Below, in pieces: positions 10,853 to 21,600 of a stretch of 32,763 bases of DNA. The stretch is taken from the NCBI GenBank assembly GCA_002256025.1, contig NKIB01000422.1, forward strand, positions 1-32,763. Direction: 5' to 3'. The position numbers and the translations under genes are program-made. The DNA comes from Asterionella formosa. Lineage: Eukaryota. The notes beneath the pieces were generated by a model. The model was not told the origin of the DNA and did no database searches. It worked only from the letters and a program-made list of their open reading frames with translations. Position 1 is the first letter of the stretch; every line of letters starts with the position of its first letter.

Positions 10853-11594
10853 TTAATGCAAAGGAGGACCACGGAATGGATTCATTCGAGCGAATATCGT
10901 ATGCCCGCGGAGGGAATGTTGAACAGCTCCACCAATGTGAAGAGGGACCAAATACTTGCCATACGTTCCAACTTGTTTGTGCACATTGAAGGCCTAGAAA
11001 AACACATTTGGAAACGCTAGATGAGATTGAAGTTGCGCGAGTATAGTATATACCGCAATATAAAAAGTACTAGTACAACAAGCACTTACATTCTTGGCAA
11101 TCGTTCCGTTCGTTTCCTTTGCTCCGGCAATGGTAGTAGTGAAAAAGGGAAGACCCTTGCCGCCATAGTACCCCATTGCGATTCCAGTTGCAGGCATAAC
11201 CGTCATAAAACCATACAGAGCGTAATGCATCATCTGAGAAAGCGAGTGCTCCATGGGTCCAGCCCCTTGCACCTTCTTCACGTGATCTGTGCATGTCGTT
11301 GATCAAAATTTGATGAGTTGACATCCAGTGGAATTTCATGACGGTTCAAAATGCTCACATCCCCTCCTCGCGCTACTTACAGCTTGCACTACTAAAAACC
11401 CGATAGGCAAGTCGAGGAGCGACAATGATGCCAGTCAAGGTGCCTAGAGATTTGTGGATAAACATCAAATCACCCTTCTTTTCCTTTGGCGCATTCTGAG
11501 CTGCCAGAACGTAACCAATGCATCCCATCAAGGGAAGGCCCACAGCCCAATGATAAGCAGATGCTGCAACTGAGTAGGCTGCGTGTCCTGACAT
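10853..11594 (-). CDS. Bacterial-type di-heme cytochrome b561 (CybB/YceJ, Ni_hydr_CYTB family); exons 11594-11381, 11286-11090, 10993-10853 (183 aa)
   Basis: Two GTAAGT...AG introns (94 and 96 nt) join three fragments into one open frame. It has four hydrophobic segments with YHW (H15), IHKSLG (H47), HYALYGFMTVMPATG, VHK (H142) and LHIGGAVQH (H156). The third exon is missing from the ORF track. Confidence 0.85.
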
Positions 11595-12301
11595 GGTCAA
11601 CGATTATTCTTTCCCTACAATTGTGACTTTTATAGACGTATTCTCACCAAAATCGCCTGAATCCCATGCCGATCCTATGTAGGACATGATTACCGGTACC
11701 AGGTACCAGGTACGGTCCCCTTGCAACAAACGAGAAGCTACCTACCGGCATCATAGCTAGATTTTTTATATGCACAGTTCAACAACTGTATACCGGTATG
11801 ACATTTATGTACATGATACGTATCAGACATAGTTTTGTATTCACACTTCAGGTATGGATAATAGATGACAGCATCTACTCATGGGATCATCAAAGCAGGT
11901 CTTCAGTTTGCTGAAAAGCGTTCGAGTGATGACAAGAACTCGAACAAAAATTCATTTCGTTGCTGGTGGAAATGTTAATAAATGGAACCATTTCTGTTGC
12001 AGTGCATCCTGGCGCTAACAGTTAGTATCCCATGCTAACCAAGAACCCTGTCAATAGGATCCAAAACACAGGGAGCAACCAGTGAAGGTTCCACTTGACA
12101 TTCTTGTCTAAGGCAAGTGACAGCCAATCCCTATTGTTAGGGGTGAGAATATTGACAGATGTCATATTTACTGATAACACTTGAGAGCATGACACAAACT
12201 AGAGGGAAGCAGAATAAACTTCAATGGTGGAGCAAGTTGAACCCAGCTATTTTTTATTCAGGGCAACTTAAGAAGATATGGATAGAAAGACAATAATAAC
12301 A

Positions 12302-12331
12302 ACCACCACCACCACCACCACCACCACCACC
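12302..12331 (+). repeat. (ACC)10 microsatellite flanked by AAC/AAT triplets
   Basis: Directly visible. Confidence 0.95.
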
Positions 12332-12692
12332 ACAACAACAACCGTACTAGCTGTACCTCATGCTGGCAGGAGTACCAGGTAACAGTACTCCTACATGACA
12401 TAGCAATAACTGGAAGTTCCAGTGAATACCAGATGCTGATTCCAAATAGTTCAGTGGTTTGATTTTATCTAAGTGACATGATGCAGTAGGTTATTATGCT
12501 GATTTACTCATCAATTATTTGGGAATACTTAGAAATGTGTTCTTTAGCCATTTGCACCCTCAGATTTCCTCGCTGTGATGGCAGGGAATTGAAATTGCGT
12601 CATGCTATCGGCCCCTATGGAATGGAGTTGAAACAGTGACATCAATATTCAACTCTTCAAAAGGTTGTTTTGCTTTCTTCGGCTTCCTCTGA

Positions 12693-14813
12693 CTATGAAC
12701 GACGCCTAGAAGAGTCACTGGAGGAAGAACTGGAACCACTTGATGACTCGTGATGTCCACGATTGAGCTTCGCAGGACGAACTCTTCCAAATGAGTCAAC
12801 AGATCTTGAGCGTTCACGGCGAGATTCTGGCTTGCTTTGGATATCTGCGCTTGGCTCCGGATTTTTATTGATTGAGCGAGAACGGCTTCTGCTAGACGAT
12901 CGACTGGAGCTGTATGAACTGGATCGTGAGCGGCTCAATTTTTTCTCCCTTTCCTTTCCTGTCACAGACTTCAAAATCTCCTTTGTGCCTCTTGGTTTGT
13001 CAACCCTTACAAAAGCTGAGGGATGGGGCGATTCATTCAATTTCTCAACACGAGATTTGATTGCTTTTTCATCCTTAGTGCTCGTATTATCGAGGTGACT
13101 TTGCCTCCTTGAGTGAGAAGAGATTCCTGAAGACCGACTGGAACGGGAGTCGTATGACGAAGAACGAGAACGGGCATGGTCCCTTCGCTGAGGAATTCGT
13201 TTGATTTCTTTCATTTCTGCTGTATCTGAGAATTTCTCTGCCTTCTCATTGCGACGACGTTTGGAGGGTGGCGAAGGTGACTTATGGCGCCTTGCACCAT
13301 CCACCCTCATCTCGCGCTTTCGGTCCATTGAAGGCGGTCGACTGTCGTCACTGGAGGAACTACTGCTGTACCTTCTAGATCGTCGTCGACGTTGGCTTCG
13401 CTTGTGTTCAGAGCCTGCTTCTTCTTTTGACATGATCTTCATAGTCTCCTTTGTGGCTTTTAGATCATCAACCCTGATAGGGTCTATTGGAAGGATAGAT
13501 TCATTGGATTTCTCAAAGCGGGCCTTGCTGACGATCTTTTTATGCTTGCTCATGTCAGTGATGCGATTCCTGTTGCGCCGAGGACTACGACTTCTTGAGC
13601 GAGAGGAGCTTGTAGTTGACCGACTGGAACGGGAGTCATGCGATGACAAATAAGAATGGTCCAGATCCCTTCGCTGTCGCATTTCTTTTGTTTCTTCATC
13701 CTTTTCTCCAGACCCTTCGAATTTCTCAGGTTTTTCATGGTCAATGTCGTGACGCCGTTTCGCGGGCGGAGATGGCCACTTGGATTTTGCATGGTCCTTT
13801 ACATCCTTCGTACTCTTCTTGAGTTTTTGGTCCTTTGAAGGTGGCCGGCTGTCATCACTTGAAGAGCTGCTACTGCAACTCCTAGCCCGACGGCGACGCC
13901 GTTTTCTCCGGGATTCTGCGCTAGAGGAAGAGGACTCGCTAGCCGAAGTATACGATTGACTACTGGACGATCCACTGCTGCTGGATGTGGATGGACTACG
14001 ACGACGCCGACGCCGAGTATCCTTCGCCTTGACAGAAGCCTTCTTCCTGTCCTTCTTCTCCAACTTGGCAAGCTCAAAGAGGCGTTTGACTTCTGCTTTT
14101 TCGATCGCCTTTTGTTCTTCCTCAAGTCTGGCTTGGCGTTCACGCTTCTTCTCCTTTTGTAGCTCTTGATCAAAGGCTTGACCTTCCACATGTTGATCTT
14201 TGCGAATACCAAAGGCGTCACGAAGTCGTTCGTTTTCATGCTCTTTTCTAGCAGCATTTACATGATTGTTCTTCTCTCGAGCTCCGCGACGCTGGTTCCA
14301 TGTGTTTCCTGACTGCTGTTGAGCTTGCTGCCAGTGAGCAGGTGGTCGACGATGGTCAAGGTGTTGTCCACGAGGAGAGGGCTCGACTGAAATACCACGA
14401 TCTTGAGCAACGCCTCCTTCGAGTCGCTCCGCTAGCTCTGCCTCACGTTGCGCTTGTCGCGCCGACTCAGCTTCGTCCAGCTCCTTCCGCTGAGCCAGCT
14501 GACGGTCGCGCTCTTTGCTCACTCGGGCATCTATCTCGGCCTCGGAAAACTTGCCCCCTTCCTCCAATTCCTCCCGAAGTATCAACAAGTAGTTTTCCAA
14601 TTTTCGTTTCTGATCATGATGTTGCAACTCCTTGTTTCCCTTCTCGCGGGCCGAAGCCGAAACTGGGTTGAATCGTTTGTAATCCGAAGTCCGTCGGTTG
14701 TTTTCCCTTTGACGTCGGAGACGCGAGGCTCGTACGTGACCTTGATTGGCTTGGACGTGGCCTGATGTTGCTGTTCCGCGAACAGATGAGAGGCCGATTC
14801 CATTGTAGGACAT
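12693..14813 (-). CDS. CWC21: CWC21/SRRM2-like spliceosomal protein with an Arg/Ser-rich C-terminus (706 aa)
   Basis: Conserved N-terminus MSYNGIGLSSVRGTATSGHVQAN, cwf21-like domain HDQKRKLENYLLILREELEE...EIDARVSKER, the LRDAFGI...EGQAFD motif and a long RS-rich tail. Confidence 0.85.
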   Translation of the reverse strand: MSYNGIGLSSVRGTATSGHVQANQGHVRASRLRRQRENNRRTSDYKRFNPVSASAREKGNKELQHHDQKRKLENYLLILREELEEGGKFSEAEIDARVSKERDRQLAQRKELDEAESARQAQREAELAERLEGGVAQDRGISVEPSPRGQHLDHRRPPAHWQQAQQQSGNTWNQRRGAREKNNHVNAARKEHENERLRDAFGIRKDQHVEGQAFDQELQKEKKRERQARLEEEQKAIEKAEVKRLFELAKLEKKDRKKASVKAKDTRRRRRRSPSTSSSSGSSSSQSYTSASESSSSSAESRRKRRRRRARSCSSSSSSDDSRPPSKDQKLKKSTKDVKDHAKSKWPSPPAKRRHDIDHEKPEKFEGSGEKDEETKEMRQRRDLDHSYLSSHDSRSSRSTTSSSRSRSRSPRRNRNRITDMSKHKKIVSKARFEKSNESILPIDPIRVDDLKATKETMKIMSKEEAGSEHKRSQRRRRSRRYSSSSSSDDSRPPSMDRKREMRVDGARRHKSPSPPSKRRRNEKAEKFSDTAEMKEIKRIPQRRDHARSRSSSYDSRSSRSSGISSHSRRQSHLDNTSTKDEKAIKSRVEKLNESPHPSAFVRVDKPRGTKEILKSVTGKEREKKLSRSRSSSYSSSRSSSRSRSRSINKNPEPSADIQSKPESRRERSRSVDSFGRVRPAKLNRGHHESSSGSSSSSSDSSRRRS

Positions 14814-15239
14814 GATTCTGTATTGAGTTGTATGTATATATACTTGCTGTATGCAAAAAGTCTGTCGAAAATAGTGATTTCAATGAGAATATATTTATTA
14901 CCAGTACGGTAGATCAATCCAGTCAACTAATCGTACCGGTACCCCGTACATGTATGCTTTTTTAATTGGCAGCCATCAAATGATGGATACTACCGGTACA
15001 CACGTTGTTATATTCACAGGGTGTAATAATTATCAATAATACGCCCAGTATTACCGGTAGTTTGTAGTCAACGCACCACTGGTATATAGTTGGGCTTTGT
15101 TCACTGAATCACGTGAGCGGTTGACGGGCAGGCACACGAATTCAAATAGAAAAAAAACCAGTGTGCTGCAGCATTACTCATGGTGCCAAAATCAATTTTA
15201 GCGAAAAAAATTTCAGACCAAAATAAGTTGTCATTTAGA

Positions 15240-16560
15240 AGAACAATACTAGTGTCAAACAGCATGATTTACAAGAACTTAGGATGAGAAGTGTACAATG
15301 ATTGTTTTACACATGTGCACATGATGGTGCATTGTTTCAGAGTGACAGCATCAGCAAAATTGTTTCAGATGATTTCTTATCAGACGATTCCCAACAGCAA
15401 CCAAAATAATCTTTAACTGAGCAAGAAATCTGTCTGCAAGGGATTCAACCCATGTAGCTTCATCCATTTCAGCTTGTAAGTTAATTGCAAACTTTCTTAG
15501 CTAATTCTTAGACTAGCATAGTATCTAATTCCAGAAGTAGGTTCAGGATAGGAAAAAGGTCATTTCAACAGATGCTCCAATGTGAATGCATTCCAAAATA
15601 ACCAGCACGGATTGAGCTTGAAGAAGGAACTGGCTTAAGTTAAGGTAATTAGTGGAGTTGGATGAAAAGTTCTGGAAAAAGTGAGCAAAGGCTCAAAACT
15701 GCATGTTTTGGGGGCCAAAAGGGATGGACCTTGCTTGCTACTCTTCCACTTGTCAATTCAGTTACTGCTGCTTACGAATATCAAGTCACAAAGGAAAATT
15801 ATTTACTTTCATTGGGGGAGTAGCCTTATTTTATAGATAGTGGAGCAAGAAAATGGAAGTGCTGATCAACACTCAGCATGTGATAAGGCATGAAAACAGC
15901 ACATTATGTGTTGTTCATGGCATTTCTTTGGAACAAAATGGTGGACTGTAATGCCTCAAGGTTGATGACATCCAAACTAAATTATTCTTAACAGGTGACG
16001 AAAAGCTAATAAAATTCAATACTTGCTTAGTACCTAAAATCGAAGAAGCAAACTCTAATTCAATTGCTTCATTTGTTGTTGACACCATGAATTCCTGACT
16101 AAAATTTAATGATTGGTAAGTCTATCATGGGTCAGCACTTTCTTGCAGAACAGCAAAGAAGAGCCATGCTGGATCAAACAATCTGGTACCAGCCACCTAA
16201 AAGCTGAGAGCCAATGTTTTGAAGATTATGAACTGAGAGCCAATGTTAAATTGAACAATTTTGGACTAAATATGCTAGATACCAACATATTTACTCAAGC
16301 AGCCAATCATGTTAGCTATAGCTATTTATATACTAAGTAATTGCATTGATTTCTCCATCAGGGAGAGTTCAATCCAAATGTGTTCATACCGGAATATCAG
16401 ATAGGAGAGGAATATTGGCTGGAGCATGCCTCCAGTATCATCATTCAATGTTGAACAGGAACAGTAGTATGGTGATGACATGTTTTATCAATACGTAATA
16501 TGTATGTGCTGAACTTGAGTGAATGGATTTATGGGAGGCTGCCTACTGCTACTGGCAGTA
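15240..16560 (+). mobile_element. Heavily decayed retrotransposon relic, probably diatom Copia (CoDi-like) gag-pol
   Basis: The broken peptides VISGVG*KVL, TLPLVNSVTAAYE, VLINTQHV and NGGL*CLKVDDI...KLIKFNTCLVPKIEE resemble the protease-adjacent region of diatom Copia polyproteins (from recall). I count about 7 CpG in 1.3 kb. Boundaries are approximate. Confidence 0.4.
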
Positions 16561-16968
16561 TGTATTTGAATAAATTTATAGAGCCCACATTAGTGGAAGT
16601 AATCAATTGGTAACTGTATTTCTCTGTGTCTGGCGGCATACCGGTATGCTTTGCTTCGTCATGATATATTCAGCGCTTGTTTATATGTTAATTGTTATCA
16701 GACGACGGCGTTTATTAATTAGCTATGAATAGCTTGATTATAATTAATTAATATACTCGGCGTATACGCACTCCTCCGTTTAACCTGTACTTTGATTTCA
16801 CGGTCCTCATACTGTGAACGAACCATTTTCTCCCTCCATCCAGCACGATATCGGATAGCCAACGTATAAGTTTGCATTGATACGAGATGGAAGCAAACCT
16901 CCACTGATTGCTTGTTCTATCAGTGTTTTACATCTCATAGGGAATGCTTTTGACAACAAATTGGTTGA

Positions 16969-18261
16969 ATGAAAACAAGAGATGACATGTCGTCGAAACC
17001 ACGCGTTAGGTCGGCTCCAATAAAGCGGTTAAAATGCACGAAATCGAGAGTGCTGTATATTCTCGTCGGCACTGCGTGTCTCCTTGGACTGATGGCAGGA
17101 TTTATCCTAGAGAGTCTCTTGGGAGACAACCTGATCTTTCACTCTGGATTCCCCAGTGCACTTTTAGCTGCGACCGCACAAGTCGCGACTGCGAATGTCG
17201 ACAAGCTGACAGAACGAGCTCCTACACAACCACTCTTTAGTATGGGAAATTACACGGGTTACGCGCGAGCTTACGAATCATGGCCAAAAGATAGGCCCTT
17301 TCCCTGTTTTCCAACCGACGGAACCTCGACGAAGTGGTCCAAATCATACTTGATGATTCGCACTCCAGTGGCTGACGGTTCTGGACTAATGTTTCAACGA
17401 CCCCTAAAGTCTGGTTCCACTACCGTAGCCGCGACAGTCATGCGGATAGCTCATCGAAAAGCTCACCTCGTTCAAGGACAAGTTAATTATACGATTGCTT
17501 GCAAACATCGGGCGATCCATGGAGCTGCTTTTACAAATTTGCATTTTCATAAACGGGTCAAAGAAAAATCATTTCTCTTCTCCGTCATTCGCGATCCGAC
17601 AAAGCGTGCCATTAGTGAATTCTTCCACTTTAGTGTATCAGTACATCTAAAAGATCCAACTGATCGTATTTTTCAACAGGAAGTGTTGACTCAAGTATAC
17701 AACAACTATTACATTAGAGACCTTGCCTTGCGGAATATTTCAAACTCCCCCAATTACGAAGTGATTGTCAAGGAAATCATTGACGGCTACAATTTTATTG
17801 CGATCACAGAGCGGTTGGACGAATCTCTAGTGGTATTAAAAATGCTGCTGAACATTGAACTTGAAGATGTTTTGTACGTGAGAGAAAGATCACAAGGAGG
17901 TTTCTCAAACGGACCCCTGACGAGACCATGCCTGTACATCTGGCCATCTTTTGTCACCAGTGGCATGAAGGCGTTCTTTGCATCCAAGAAATGGGAAAAT
18001 CAAGTGAAAGGAGACTATATACTGTATGAAGCAGCGAAAAAAAGTCTTGACATGACCATTGAACGACTAGGTCGAGAGCGTTTTGAGGGAGAATTGGTGA
18101 GGTTCAAAGCTGCTTTGAAGACTGCACAAGAAGTTTGTGGTCCCCGATCAGTCTCCATATGCAAAGACGATGGATCACGAGCTAGAAATACTACCTGCTA
18201 CATCTGGGGTGAAGGATGCAGCCATGCGTGCCTTGACGAAATCAAGGTCCCTCCAGAGTAA
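16969..18261 (+). CDS. Type II membrane (Golgi-type) sulfotransferase-like protein (430 aa)
   Basis: It has a basic N-tail and one TM segment (VLYILVGTACLLGLMAGFIL). The 5'-PSB-like FQRPLKSGSTT, the 3'-PB-like SVIRDPTKRAISEFFH and FIAITERLDESLVVL resemble galactose-3-O-sulfotransferase-like families. The start could be the second Met. Confidence 0.75.
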   Translation: MKTRDDMSSKPRVRSAPIKRLKCTKSRVLYILVGTACLLGLMAGFILESLLGDNLIFHSGFPSALLAATAQVATANVDKLTERAPTQPLFSMGNYTGYARAYESWPKDRPFPCFPTDGTSTKWSKSYLMIRTPVADGSGLMFQRPLKSGSTTVAATVMRIAHRKAHLVQGQVNYTIACKHRAIHGAAFTNLHFHKRVKEKSFLFSVIRDPTKRAISEFFHFSVSVHLKDPTDRIFQQEVLTQVYNNYYIRDLALRNISNSPNYEVIVKEIIDGYNFIAITERLDESLVVLKMLLNIELEDVLYVRERSQGGFSNGPLTRPCLYIWPSFVTSGMKAFFASKKWENQVKGDYILYEAAKKSLDMTIERLGRERFEGELVRFKAALKTAQEVCGPRSVSICKDDGSRARNTTCYIWGEGCSHACLDEIKVPPE

Positions 18262-18692
18262 TAGCTATATTGCTTTCGATGACACACGTTCCGAAACACA
18301 AAAGTGTTGTCGCATAGCTTAGGATACATCTATACTTCCAGGTATAGTATACGCTTGTTCTACTGCCGAAGACTATGAAAGCCAAAACACGTCTGATCCG
18401 AAGTCATAGGCTAGCGATCTTAAAAAGGTCAAATACATATGTTTAAATTGTTACATGGCTTACCATAGCTATCTGTAATTTCAACTGTGGTAAATGGAAG
18501 TTGATGTTTTGACGCACCCGTCTTTTCCTTTCTAATATATTTTGGTAATGCTGAATTTTTAAATCAACCGTTCTTTATTCGAGAGTATAAGTTAGGAAAC
18601 GAAGTAAAGTAGCGATGAGCGGCGTCAGTGGCCGTCCCATGTCTTCATCGCCAAGTGAGTTGATGGCTGGCGCAATCTTCAGAGAAGCTAAC

Positions 18693-21600
18693 TTACAGGT
18701 GACGCTTCTTGGCTATTCCACCACGATTGATCCTGCTTTCATTTCGCTTTCGCTTTAGTCTGTTCTTTTCAGCTTCGTTCTTCTTGATCTTTCTCTCGGA
18801 TGCTGCAGCTGGATTGGTGATAGCCTGAGTGGATAGTTCTTGCTTTCGATAGTCACGTTTATCTCGAGCCTTTGTCTTGACGGCGGCAACTTTACTGAGG
18901 AAATCTCCTTCGCTTTCGCATGCTTCTGCAATTACTTGCAACACGTCCTTGGCAAGTGCCGACTCATCTGACAGCTGAATGTTTCCTGCAGCATCTCGTC
19001 TGTTGTCAGCTTCCGTTTCCGCACGATGTAAGGGTTCCAACATGAGCTCCAAGTAGGGTAAAATAAGGGAGGCACCACAAACTGAAGCAAAGGCAGCAAA
19101 GCACTTGAAGATTGTTTCTCGGCGCTTGGGTCCCTTTGGTTTCGCAATATGGGACAAACGAGTAATGAGCCACTTCACAGGGTTTCGGTTGCCGACCTCC
19201 ATGTCAGCGGAGAAACAGAGATGTGGATAGTTCTGCATTGCCTGGATAATCCAAGTCAATGTCTTGATAGACTGCATAGAGATTTCTTCGTGCAGGTCGG
19301 CTTCATCCCCTGCAATATGAATACAAACACTGGTGGCAATCTCAAACAGCGATCCTGGGTGCGTAACCAAGAATGATGAGTGATCATCCCCGAACGAATT
19401 TACATCCATTGCACCGACAAATGAGCAAACCATTCTGGACGATACACGCTTCACCCAAGGATGAGGGTTTGCGAGACATTCGATAACAGCTTCCCAAACT
19501 AAATCTTGGCTGGAGATGAAATCTGGTTTAGCCTTGGCGATTTTTTCGAGACAAATGAGAGAGAAATAGGTAACCTCCCATTCCTCACGATTTGTTTGAA
19601 GCAATCCTCCGAGTGTGATAACAAGTGCAGCAGTCGTGTCACCTCTCCTCAAAATCTCTACGTTAGAATCAACAAAGAGACCAAAGACTTGCAACGAGGT
19701 TCGCACAAGAGGGCCGCTTCCTTGTGACCAGCGAACAGTGTAGTTGTATAGAGATTGAACTGAATCTCCTTCCGCTCGACAAAGTATCCTACCAATACAC
19801 TTGGCAACCACTTCCCTGCATTCATCGGAATCATCGTTCACCAATTGTAAAACCAAGGGTAGGAAGAAAAGTTGTGCTAAATCAGATAGCAACGGGGAGG
19901 GCAGCTTTTCTATAATGGACAGTACCAAGCCGATCGCAGACATCCTACCTTCCTGGTACTCATATTTTATGTTTAGCATAATTTGGCGAAGATGCTCCTC
20001 AAGCTTCTGCCTTGACATGGGGTAGTCGATCATGTATTGAGTAAAAATTATAGAGCACTGCTGACGAAGTGTTGCCTTGTGACTTCGCACCGACAATTCA
20101 AGTATAGTTTCCATTAGATCGTAGTACTCCGACGACATGTATCGACGACTGGTAATAGCCTTGATAAGGCTTAGCGTATGATTGTGATGATCTGATTGTC
20201 CTATTGCTCCCTTGAGCATTGATATCAAGACCTGCATTTGCCGTGAATTCAGCGGCATCTTTCGACCCTTGGATAAGGTTTCTTCTCTTGAATACTCAAG
20301 GGCTTTCAGGTTTTCTGAGGCCAAAGGCGGGGTTGGGGTATCGTGGTCTGATTGTATTAGTAACGAGATAGTCTTGAAACAAGCTTGTGTGAGCTCTTCT
20401 TGCAGATTAGAAATTGCGCCAGCAGATGAAAGGATATCTAAGACCTTTTCGCCTAGTTTTTTCGAGCAATGTTCTACAGAAGGCAAGTCCTTCCTCATCA
20501 AAATACACAAGCACCGTAGAGAGAATAAAATAACGTCGTTGTTTCGGCAATCACAAACGCAAGATGTCAACAAGGGAATAAAGGGGTCAACCATATTGAT
20601 GAAGGAAATATCATTTGTGGCGAACTTCCCCTTTTTAAGAGTAGCATGAAGCAGCCCCAAACCGAAAACAACAGCGCTAATGCTTGCAGGATCATTTAAA
20701 GCTCCAATTGCCGCCGTGCATGTTGCTTTATGCCGCCCACTTCCTGTCATCTTTGGTGCACTCGCCCCATCTCGAACACTAGCGAGCTTCTGCTTTTCTG
20801 CTCTTTTAGTATGTTTTGCTTCTTGTGAATTTTTCGCAGATTTCAGCGTCGATGGACGCCACTCGACAACATTGGAACTTGAACTTCCCATGCCAGCATG
20901 ATTTCCTTCGTTCTGGGCTAATACATGGGAAGATGTGGCATCTGCTTGGCTGACATGTATTGGTCGAATTGCTTCATCGTCATCAGAACTATCGAAATCA
21001 TCAGTAACTCGGGAATACGCTTGGATCCTCGCTTTCCCGATGAAGGGCTCTACACAAGCATACACAAAGGGAAGGACTTCGTCAATCTCAACACTGCCAT
21101 TGTGAGAAACCCCGACAACAACGCGGTTCAAGCATTCGCGAATTGTCCCAATTGATCCTGACTCAACGTTTCCTACTCTCAATCGTTCCAGAAGAGGCGA
21201 CACAACAAGATGAATAGAAGAGGAAAATCCAAATGTGCTGCCAGTGCTATTTGACGGGCGAAAAAGGAGGAGACGGCACATGACTTCAATGGAATCATTG
21301 CTCTTGGAGCCTGATGCTTCTTTCACAAATTTTTTGTTCGCATTTGCTTCTCGAAACTCTCGAGCTTCTCCAAATAGATCTTGTTGAATTAGATCCATCA
21401 TTGCTGGAATGTTCTGGTCGAATGGTGGCAAGGGTCCCTCGAGCACATTGAAGTTCGTTGGCGGTTTGTAGTGCTCGCTGAAAGCGATTAGAATAGTGTG
21501 AAGAGTAGCAGCGCGCACATGAAGCTGATATCCCAATTTGAGACCGATTGCGAGCTGTTTCAGAATGTGTGAGAAATATTCCATGCCCATTTCGACGGCC

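Noticed and set aside
16204..16247. 15-bp direct repeat CTGAGAGCCAATGTT x2 as a CRISPR-like unit
   Set aside because: There are only two copies with a 14-bp gap, inside a TE relic in eukaryotic DNA. A local duplication explains it.
18612..18651. GCGATGA...TCATCGC hairpin downstream of UTP20 as a SECIS or C/D snoRNA
   Set aside because: The stem is short, the C/D and SECIS geometry is not canonical, and UTP20 has no in-frame TGA.
18690..18700. GTAAGT donor overlapping the UTP20 stop codon (possible extra 3' exon)
   Set aside because: The protein already ends in a plausible basic C-terminus and no convincing acceptor or exon follows. RNA-seq would be needed.
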